From positions 24,641-88,640 of IMG/VR virus record IMGVR_UViG_3300020045_015293: 64,000 nt of DNA; one strand, 5' to 3'. The notes below the pieces were generated by a model. That model was given only the letters and a program-made list of their open reading frames with translations. It made no database searches and was not told where the DNA came from. Below are positions 25,948 through 32,797 of this stretch, piece after piece. Position 1 is the first letter of the stretch; each line of letters begins with the position of its first letter. The stretch comes from a virus. Taxonomy: Duplodnaviria > Caudoviricetes. Position numbers and translations under genes: made by a program.

Positions 25948-26232
25948 ATGAATACTATATTAATAATACTTTGTAGTTGTTTATTTCTTATTCAGTTAGG
26001 ATTAATATTAAGATATTTTAATATTGAAAAAAATAATGATTGGAATTTTTTAGGACAAGGAGGATTGGTAAATTTAATTGCATACCCTATAATGGTATGG
26101 ATAATGTTTTTAATGTGGAAAGAAAGTGAGAATTATTATAAAAAAATAGTTGAAAAAAATAAAATAGAACAAAAATATTCACCAACTTATACTTCAGAAA
26201 AGGGGGATACTTTGTTTACAAGAGTAAAATAA
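25948..26232 (+). CDS. hypothetical membrane protein
   Basis: Two hydrophobic segments. Confidence 0.5.
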   Translation: MNTILIILCSCLFLIQLGLILRYFNIEKNNDWNFLGQGGLVNLIAYPIMVWIMFLMWKESENYYKKIVEKNKIEQKYSPTYTSEKGDTLFTRVK

Positions 26233-26236
26233 ATAT

Positions 26237-26304
26237 GGAGGGGTAGCTCAGAGTAGAGCACTGTCTAAACAACAGGGGTCGGTAATTCAGTTTGCCCCCT
26301 TCCG
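26237..26304 (+). tRNA. degenerate tRNA (Asp-like acceptor, AAA in anticodon loop)
   Basis: ggagggg/cccttcc, G73; ctgt-ctaaaca-acag; irregular T-arm. Confidence 0.45.
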
Positions 26305-26327
26305 CAATAATTAGTTCTTTAAAATAT

Positions 26328-26380
26328 GGAGATGAATGTTTGTAATAGAACATTTTGGTTATTCGGTTAATCCATCTCCA
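26328..26380 (+). ncRNA. mini tRNA-like hairpin element
   Basis: ggagatg/catctcc+A, one internal hairpin aatgtt/aacatt, ttcgg loop. Confidence 0.35.
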
Positions 26381-26386
26381 CTACAT

Positions 26387-26499
26387 GCCGGGAAAGCAAA
26401 AACATACTGTTTTAAACTTTCCCCGAAAGGTGGTAACTAAACAGTTACATCGCAATACAATCAACATTTGTTAAGATTCCCGCAAGGGTCCCGGCACCA
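26387..26499 (+). ncRNA. UACAUCGC-motif RNA, copy C: circularly permuted, closed by acceptor-like stem with ACCA end
   Basis: gccggga/tcccggc-A-CCA; actgtttt-aaactttcc-cc-gaaa-gg-tggtaac-taaacagt-tacatcgc. Confidence 0.6.
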
Positions 26500-26505
26500 T
26501 TTTGA

Positions 26506-26597
26506 AACATTCGCGCCTGATGGTTAATGATCATTAAGACTGTGAGGCTAGCAGTTGACCCCAACACTTAAGTCAGTGGGGTATGGCGACGAATGTT
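26506..26597 (+). ncRNA. unassigned cloverleaf-like RNA
   Basis: aacattcgcgcc/ggcgacgaatgtt closing three hairpins. Confidence 0.45.
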
Positions 26598-26601
26598 AAA
26601 C

Positions 26602-26676
26602 AGCCACGTAGTTTACTGTGTGTAATCGGGAAATTGTCGATTTCCGTCGGGGCGAGTTCGATTCTCGTCGTGGCTG
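26602..26676 (+). tRNA. trnD: tRNA-Asp(GTC)
   Basis: ggaaa-ttgtcga-tttcc; G73. Confidence 0.8.
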
Positions 26677-26686
26677 CATATATTTA

Positions 26687-26779
26687 TACACCCACAGAAT
26701 GAATCTAACTTAAGGGTACTAGTAAAAACTTAAGGTAATGCGTTTGAAATTTGGTTCAGGTTTCGCCTGTGTGGGTGTA
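26687..26779 (+). ncRNA. unassigned structured RNA directly after an ATATTTATA box
   Basis: tacacccacag/ctgtgtgggtgta terminal stem. Confidence 0.4.
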
Positions 26780-26844
26780 TAAAAATCTCAATGTGTAAAT
26801 TAACTAGTGCATGACACCGTAGCGTAGAAAGTTGAGATGAATAT

Positions 26845-26918
26845 ACTGATATAGCTCAGAGGTTTAGAGCAGGATGCTTATACCATCAAGGTCGGGATTT
26901 CAAAATTCTCTATCAGTA
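26845..26918 (+). tRNA. trnI: tRNA-Ile(TAT)
   Basis: gatg-cttatac-catc; acceptor actgata/tatcagt, A73. Confidence 0.75.
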
Positions 26919-26935
26919 CAACAAAATTTTTATAT

Positions 26936-27015
26936 CGTGGGGGAGTGGAAAGGACACACAAACCATTCAAGCCTCATAAGCTTTGAGATAGCCAGTTCGA
27001 TTCTGGTCCCCGCAA
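26936..27015 (+). tRNA. trnM: tRNA-Met(CAT), initiator-like (C1:A72 mismatch), enlarged D-loop
   Basis: Loop ctcataa; cgtgggg/ccccgca. Confidence 0.75.
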
Positions 27016-27099
27016 CAAACTATTCTTATAATAGTATGAATTGGAAAATAAATTTCCAATTAAAAAACTCCCGAATTCATTCTTGATATAGGGGAGTTA

Positions 27100-27171
27100 T
27101 GGCGCAGCCTCAGGTGAGGAATTTTGGCTCATATCCTAAATTAGACATGGTTCAATACCAGTATGCGCTAC
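27100..27171 (+). tRNA. atypical tRNA(CAT), Met or Ile2
   Basis: tggcgca/tgcgcta; loop ctcatat; 4-nt D-loop; T-loop ttcaata. Confidence 0.55.
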
Positions 27172-27175
27172 ACCA

Positions 27176-27308
27176 GATGTAATAGTGTAAGCTAGAAGTA
27201 CATCAGCAATTGGGATCTTACAATCCGTGAATTGTGGTTTAGGTTAACACGAAGGTAACGAAGTGCTTTAAGTCACCTAGCAGTTAGAATACCACTAGAA
27301 GTTCTAAC
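27176..27308 (+). ncRNA. unassigned pseudoknot-rich RNA
   Basis: gatgta/tacatc with loop tgtaag pairing cttaca; gtggt/accac; gttagaa/ttctaac. Confidence 0.4.
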
Positions 27309-27313
27309 AAAAT

Positions 27314-27388
27314 GCCTCTTTAGTAGTAATTGCAGCAGCTATCCGCACTTGTAATGCGGGGGTAACAGTTTGAATCTGTTAAGGGGCT
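27314..27388 (+). tRNA. trnT: tRNA-Thr(TGT)
   Basis: cgca-cttgtaa-tgcg; acceptor gcctctt/aaggggc. Confidence 0.85.
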
Positions 27389-27522
27389 CAAAGAAATTAA
27401 TATAAGTTTTATGACCCCCCTGGTTACAAACAAAATATTAGTTTCTTTACCGGTTACGGGTTTATTTTGTTGGTTTTTATCCCGTAAAAATTAAAAGAAA
27501 AACCAATAGAATTAAACCCGAT

Positions 27523-27800
27523 GTTAAACGCTGTTATAAAATTTTAGCGATGAAAGTTAAATATGTGAAATTACAAAGCGGAGAGGTAATAATGTTTCCT
27601 CCCGTTATTGAACACGATACATTCAAATACCTGAACCCAATAACGGCAGGATTTTGTTGCATCGGAAATGATAAAGTAGAGTGCTTTGGAGAAAGTTACT
27701 CACTCAAATTGAAGGCAGACGAAAAGCAAGATACATTAGATGCAACAAAACATTATTTTGGAATAGAGGCGATGATAAAAATTTTATAATTGCGTTTAAC
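27523..27800 (+). mobile_element. integron-like gene cassette (GTTRRRY ... ORF ... RYYYAAC)
   Basis: GTTAAAC 27523-27529 and GTTTAAC 27794-27800 within 23-bp imperfect inverted repeats around ORF 27550-27789. Confidence 0.55.
27550..27789 (+). CDS. hypothetical cassette protein
   Basis: KYV......IMFP..I.H...; AGFC; higher GC than neighbours. Confidence 0.6.
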   Translation: MKVKYVKLQSGEVIMFPPVIEHDTFKYLNPITAGFCCIGNDKVECFGESYSLKLKADEKQDTLDATKHYFGIEAMIKIL

Positions 27801-27801
27801 A

Positions 27802-27872
27802 GCGTCATTGGTATATTGACTGTGCCTTCGTCTCTAAAGCGAAAGAAAGGAGTTTAATTCTCTTATGACGCT
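27802..27872 (+). tRNA. amber suppressor tRNA (anticodon CTA)
   Basis: Acceptor gcgtcat/atgacgc+T; D gtat/gtgc; ttcgt-ctCTAaa-gcgaa; T-arm aggag-tttaatt-ctctt. Confidence 0.85.
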
Positions 27873-28013
27873 CTAAAATAAATTAAAAGTGTTTACCTTT
27901 ATTGTAATATGTATAGCAATAATGGAATTAATAAGGATGACACTAAAATCAATTTTTAAAAAATGAAGCGAAAACAGTAAGCTACCCTCAAGCTAAAATG
28001 AGGGATTAAGTAT

Positions 28014-28085
28014 GCCCTCGTAGCAAACAGGTGTAGGCAACAGACTTTTAATCTGTGAGGTTTGGATCGTTACCAAACGGGGGTA
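28014..28085 (+). tRNA. trnK: tRNA-Lys(TTT)
   Basis: acaga-cttttaa-tctgt. Confidence 0.85.
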
Positions 28086-28134
28086 CTGTTAAAAAATTTT
28101 TTATTTTCCAAAACTTTATATATACCTTTATATA

Positions 28135-28410
28135 ATGAAAATATATTCTAAAAGTCAATTATTTTCTAAAAATAAGGAATGGTATTGGAAAATGAACAAT
28201 GAAAATGAAGTAAGAAATATTTTAAATTATTTAGCACAAAATGGATTTATTTGGAATGGTTCAAAATGTAAAGCTAATGAATTACATAAAGTATTTGAAT
28301 TTAATTATCCTTGGTATTTAGAATATAGTGATGGTACTTTGTCATATAATATAGGAGGAGAAATTAGATCAACTCAGAGTCGTATTCATCATATTCATTT
28401 GAATTTTTAA
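28135..28410 (+). CDS. hypothetical protein
   Basis: ORF after CCAAA promoter at 28108. Confidence 0.55.
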   Translation: MKIYSKSQLFSKNKEWYWKMNNENEVRNILNYLAQNGFIWNGSKCKANELHKVFEFNYPWYLEYSDGTLSYNIGGEIRSTQSRIHHIHLNF

Positions 28411-28578
28411 TAATATGAAAAAACATGTAGCATCAACAATGATATATAAAGGTGAAATAACACAAGCAATAACTTGGTTAAATAAATTACCTAGAGAATA
28501 TCCAGTGTGGAGATTAAAAGGTATAGAAAAAGGAGATATATTAGTTTGGACTACTGAAAATGGATTAAAAATTTGGAA

Positions 28579-29052
28579 ATGAAAAAATTAGAAATTGAAC
28601 GTCGTTTTTTATTAAAAAAATTACCTGATCTAACTAAACCACATAAATTATTTATAATAAAACAATATTATAATAAAACAGAAGGTGGGGTAATAAGATA
28701 TAGAGAATCCAGAGAGTATGCAAATTTTCCTAACAAGTATGAAAAAATAATTAAGTTAAAAGTATCAAAGGGAATAAATAATGAAGAAGATTTTGAAATT
28801 GATCAATTACAATTTTTCAATGAAATTCAACAAATAAAAAATTTAAAGTCAATTAAAAAACATCGAATAGTTTTTGAAGAAAATGGATTAAAATGGGAAG
28901 TTGATAGTTTCAATGATTTAAAATTAATAATTTGTGAAGTTGAATTAAAATCACTGAAACAAAAAATTCAAATTCCTGAACATATACAAAAAGTATTAAT
29001 TAAAGAAATAACTGGGGAATATGAATTTAGTAATTATAATTTAGCACAATGA
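28579..29052 (+). CDS. CYTH-domain protein (adenylate cyclase/triphosphatase-like)
   Basis: EIERRFL, I.Q.Y, K.R, WEVD.F, EVEL, Y.FSNY.LA motifs. Confidence 0.85.
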   Translation: MKKLEIERRFLLKKLPDLTKPHKLFIIKQYYNKTEGGVIRYRESREYANFPNKYEKIIKLKVSKGINNEEDFEIDQLQFFNEIQQIKNLKSIKKHRIVFEENGLKWEVDSFNDLKLIICEVELKSLKQKIQIPEHIQKVLIKEITGEYEFSNYNLAQ

Positions 29053-29546
29053 TTAAAAAAATAACAACATTAATATTATCAAGTTTTACATCTATATTAA
29101 TGCTAGCTAATTTTAAACCATTAAATGAATTAAGATTAAAATCTAAATTTTCAACACTATTGAATGTAAGTATTAGTGAAATAAAAAATTTAAATTTTTA
29201 TGAATTTTTAAATAGTTGGTTAGGCACAAGATACAAATATGCTGGTAATACAAAATATGGAGTTGATTGTTCAGGATTTACTCAAGAAATATTTAAAGCA
29301 ATTTATAATATTAATTTACCACGTACATCACGTGATCAATTTAAAGTAAGTAATAAAATTGATAAAAGTGAATTACAAGAAGGAGATTTGTTATTTTTTA
29401 AAACAAAAGGTAAATTTATATCTCATGTAGGAATATATTTACAAAACAATAAATTTATTCATGCATCAGTAAGTAATGGAGTAATAGTATCAGATTTAAA
29501 TTCACCTTATTATAGTTCTAAATTTTATAAAGCAGGTAGAATATGA
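29049..29546 (+). CDS. NlpC/P60 cell-wall peptidase (Spr-like)
   Basis: WLGTRYKYAG....GVDCSGF, LPRTS, GDLLFF, SHVGIY...FIHAS. Confidence 0.9.
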   Translation: MIKKITTLILSSFTSILMLANFKPLNELRLKSKFSTLLNVSISEIKNLNFYEFLNSWLGTRYKYAGNTKYGVDCSGFTQEIFKAIYNINLPRTSRDQFKVSNKIDKSELQEGDLLFFKTKGKFISHVGIYLQNNKFIHASVSNGVIVSDLNSPYYSSKFYKAGRI

Positions 29547-29715
29547 AACGTTTTGTAGCAATTAGATTAGTTTCTAATTTAAAAAATATTTGTAATAGAG
29601 AAAATGTTCATCATGGATCATATTTGATGAAAGGTAGTTATAAAAGATTTATGAAATTTCAAAAATAATTTTTATGAATAAGTTTTTTACTAAAGCATCA
29701 ATAAATTTAAATAAA

Positions 29716-30075
29716 ATGAATAACTAGAAATTAATTATTATAACCAGGAAAGATTTAACACCAGGTTACCAAGCTGTACAATCAACACATGCAGCAATCG
29801 ATTTTTGTTTTAAATACCCAGATATAGCCAAAGAATGGCATTAGGTATCAAATTACTTATGTCAAGTATCATGTGAAAATGAAGAACACTTAAGAAAATA
29901 TGTGTTAAAAGCTAAACAAAGAGGAATTGAATATATTGAATTTTATGAACCTGATATAAACAATGAGTTAACAGCTATTGCTTTAGAACCAGGTGAAAAA
30001 AGTAAAAAATTAATTTCAAACTTACCACTAATGTTAAAAGGATATAATAATGAAAGTTTGGATATCAAAAATTGA
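29716..30075 (+). CDS. Pth2-like peptidyl-tRNA hydrolase with two in-frame TAG codons (codons 4 and 43); absent from the ORF track
   Basis: MNN*KLIIITRKDLTPGYQAVQSTHAA...EWH*VSNYL...FYEPDINNELTAIALEP...NLPL; TAG at 29725 and 29842, TGA stop at 30073. Confidence 0.8.
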
Positions 30076-30232
30076 AACAGAAGATTGTGAAGAATATTAT
30101 TTAGGTTTTAATTCACAACCAACTGAAAACCAAGTAAAAAAAGAATTTTTCAAAGATCATGGAAATATTTATGAAGAAGAAGATTGGGGAGTTTGTATAT
30201 CACATGATATATTTGAAGTTGAAGTAATATGA
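30050..30232 (+). CDS. hypothetical acidic protein
   Basis: ORF. Confidence 0.5.
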   Translation: MKVWISKIETEDCEEYYLGFNSQPTENQVKKEFFKDHGNIYEEEDWGVCISHDIFEVEVI

Positions 30233-30312
30233 TTATACTTTATATAATAATAGGAATTGGAGTAATATTTCAAGGATATTTATTAATTAAAGATGTTTTG
30301 AAAAAATAAAAT

Positions 30313-30386
30313 GGCTCTGTAGCCCAACGGGAGAGGCAATAACCTTAGGAGTTATCAAGGTGTCGGTTCGAATCTGACTAGAGCTA
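30313..30386 (+). tRNA. trnL: tRNA-Leu(TAG) with short variable region
   Basis: ataac-cttagga-gttat; A73. Confidence 0.8.
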
Positions 30387-30395
30387 CTATATAAT

Positions 30396-30469
30396 GGTCC
30401 TGTAACCCAACTGGAAGAGGTAACAAACTTAAAATTTGTAAAGTGTCGGTTCGAATCTGATCAGGACTA
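30396..30469 (+). tRNA. trnL: tRNA-Leu(TAA) with short variable region
   Basis: acaaa-cttaaaa-tttgt; A73. Confidence 0.8.
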
Positions 30470-30474
30470 CTAAT

Positions 30475-30563
30475 GCCTAGATGGTGAAACTGGCAGACAC
30501 AAATCATTCAAAATGATTCGACCGATAATAAAGGTTTTGAAGGTTCGACCCCTTCTCTAGGTA
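30475..30563 (+). tRNA. trnL: tRNA-Leu(CAA)
   Basis: aatca-ttcaaaa-tgatt; long variable arm. Confidence 0.85.
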
Positions 30564-30575
30564 CTAATAAAATAT

Positions 30576-30809
30576 ATGAAAATATATCCTCCACTTGTAA
30601 TTAAAGCCTATGAATTTACTGATGGATGGAGCAATTGGGGTTATGGTTGGTTTGTATTGGGAATGAAACGTCCTTGTAAATGGCTTGGTAAAAATTTTAA
30701 ATATAATAATATTACTTATCATATTGATTTATGGAGTGATAATATTATTACTATATCAAGAGAAGAAAAAATAATTTTTCGTTTTCTAAAATTTATTATT
30801 CAAAAATGA
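30576..30809 (+). CDS. hypothetical protein
   Basis: ORF. Confidence 0.45.
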   Translation: MKIYPPLVIKAYEFTDGWSNWGYGWFVLGMKRPCKWLGKNFKYNNITYHIDLWSDNIITISREEKIIFRFLKFIIQK

Positions 30810-31360
30810 TCAAACTAAAAGATATATTATTAGAAAAAAAAGGGGATAAATATGAAACTGGAGCAGTTGTATTAAATGTTATTATTCCAAAACAATTGCT
30901 TCATTCCAAAATATCTAAAGAAGATTTATTTCAAGAAGAAGGAGATAGGACTTATGGTATTGAAGATGAACCTCATATAACTTTATTATTTGGATTACAT
31001 AGTGATGAAATAATAGATAATGATATTAAAAAATGTATTTCTGAATTTACATTTCCTGAGTTAATACTTCATAATGTTTCATTATTTAATAATGATAATT
31101 ATGATGTATTAAAATTTGATGTACTTGATAAAAGTAAAACATTAGTTAAATGTAATGTTGCTTTAAAACAGTTTCCATATAGCAATGATTATCCTGAATA
31201 CCATCCTCATTGTACTATAGCATATATTAAACCAGGATTGGGTGACAAATATGTTAAATTATTTAAAAAATTAAAATTTGTTGTAGAACCAGAATTATGT
31301 ATATATAGTAAACCTGATGGTTCAAAGCAAAAATTTGGAATTTCCAAAGTTCGTTTTTAA
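30806..31360 (+). CDS. 2H phosphoesterase, T4 gp57B/Acb1-like, with MIKLKDILLE N-terminal leader
   Basis: Two HxT motifs (EPHITLLFGLH, YHPHCTIAY). Confidence 0.8.
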   Translation: MIKLKDILLEKKGDKYETGAVVLNVIIPKQLLHSKISKEDLFQEEGDRTYGIEDEPHITLLFGLHSDEIIDNDIKKCISEFTFPELILHNVSLFNNDNYDVLKFDVLDKSKTLVKCNVALKQFPYSNDYPEYHPHCTIAYIKPGLGDKYVKLFKKLKFVVEPELCIYSKPDGSKQKFGISKVRF

Positions 31361-31381
31361 TTTTATAAAAATATAAAGGTT

Positions 31382-32044
31382 ATGGAACAAAACATTCAAG
31401 AAAAATATACAAATTTATTAAATGAATTATATCGTTCATTTGATTTTTTTAATGAATTTTTTTGTCAAGGAAAATTAAATAAACCAATTATTACTACACA
31501 AGGTGAAAAGCGTAAAGGTAAAACTTGGGGATGGTTTGGAAAAGATTTTTGGACTGAACATAGTGGTGAAGAACATAATAAATTAAATGAAATTAATTTA
31601 ACTGCTGAATCATTACATAGAGAACCAAATGCTGTTTTATGTACTTTATTGCATGAAATGGCTCATTTAAAAAATTCTCAAGAAGGTATTTTTGATTGTA
31701 CTACAACTCAATATCATAATAAAGAATTTAAGAAAACAGCTGAATTTTTTGGATTGATTGTTGAAAAGATGAAAGCAAGAGGTTGGGCAACAACTACATT
31801 AGGAGAAAAAGCATTAGGTGCTATTGAATTATTAAAACCTGATGTTTCATTATATAAAATTGTAAGAACACCCCCTTATAAATTAGCAAAAGATCCAACA
31901 GTAATTAATTTAAATGTGTCGTTGGATTATGAAGATAAAGTTGAATATTTAACTTCAAGATATGGTAAAAAACGTGAAATGACTGAAGCTGCAATTGATA
32001 TGTTATATCAACATGAAAAAAGTCCTAAACCAGAATATGTATAA
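31382..32044 (+). CDS. SprT-like zinc metalloprotease domain protein
   Basis: TLLHEMAH...H (YHNKEF). Confidence 0.8.
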   Translation: MEQNIQEKYTNLLNELYRSFDFFNEFFCQGKLNKPIITTQGEKRKGKTWGWFGKDFWTEHSGEEHNKLNEINLTAESLHREPNAVLCTLLHEMAHLKNSQEGIFDCTTTQYHNKEFKKTAEFFGLIVEKMKARGWATTTLGEKALGAIELLKPDVSLYKIVRTPPYKLAKDPTVINLNVSLDYEDKVEYLTSRYGKKREMTEAAIDMLYQHEKSPKPEYV

Positions 32045-32450
32045 AATAATAGTTAAAGGTGAAGCTAAAACTAGATATCCTAATTTACAAGAATTAGATG
32101 GTATAGATTGTCAAGATAAATTTTCTGATTATTTTGATGATAAAAGATGTGGTTCATTTAAAGGGGATGTAACTAATGGTTACATGAGATTTGAATTTAG
32201 CAATGGTAAATTATGGACAATAACTGAATATTTATCAAAACGTGAATTAAGTGAACAAGAATTAGATACTTTAAAAGATTATACAATTGGACAATGGAGT
32301 GATGGCATTGGTGAAGGATTTGAACAACAACCCTGTATGGAAGGAAATGAAGAATATGATGTAAATGAAGATGGGGAAATGGGTACTGAAGTATATATTT
32401 CACCTTGGTCAAGAGAACAAGTAACAACTATTGAGCAAATAACACAATAA
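32037..32450 (+). CDS. hypothetical protein
   Basis: GQWSDGIGEGFEQ motif; start moved to MYKIIV. Confidence 0.55.
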   Translation: MYKIIVKGEAKTRYPNLQELDGIDCQDKFSDYFDDKRCGSFKGDVTNGYMRFEFSNGKLWTITEYLSKRELSEQELDTLKDYTIGQWSDGIGEGFEQQPCMEGNEEYDVNEDGEMGTEVYISPWSREQVTTIEQITQ

Positions 32451-32454
32451 AAAT

Positions 32455-32757
32455 ATGAATACAAGTAATTACATTAGAAAATTTCATTATATAGATGCAC
32501 CAATGGCTAAAATAGCTACTGATTGTGAAAGACCTACAAAAGAATTAAGGCCTGAACCAATTAATGGTGAAACAATACCCGAACCCAAAATCCGTGAAAT
32601 AAATATCCAAGCAATGGATCATGGATTTGTTGTAAGAGTAGGTTGTCAAACATTTGCAATTGAAGATGCTCAAAAATTAATGAATAATTTAACAGCATAT
32701 TTAAAAGATCCTGGTGGAATGGAAAAACAATGGATGGGTTCCAAAAAATTAAATTAA
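32455..32757 (+). CDS. GC[QGE] family protein
   Basis: HGFVVRVGCQTFAIE. Confidence 0.55.
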   Translation: MNTSNYIRKFHYIDAPMAKIATDCERPTKELRPEPINGETIPEPKIREINIQAMDHGFVVRVGCQTFAIEDAQKLMNNLTAYLKDPGGMEKQWMGSKKLN

Positions 32758-32797
32758 GTCAACAATAATATTCTTTAATATAAAAATTAATAGTAAA

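Noticed and set aside
17437-30563. Theta/HDV-like, hammerhead, twister or pistol ribozymes next to tRNAs
   Set aside because: I could not fit the nested pseudoknot or CUGAnGA/GAAA cores in any spacer by eye; an Infernal search is needed.
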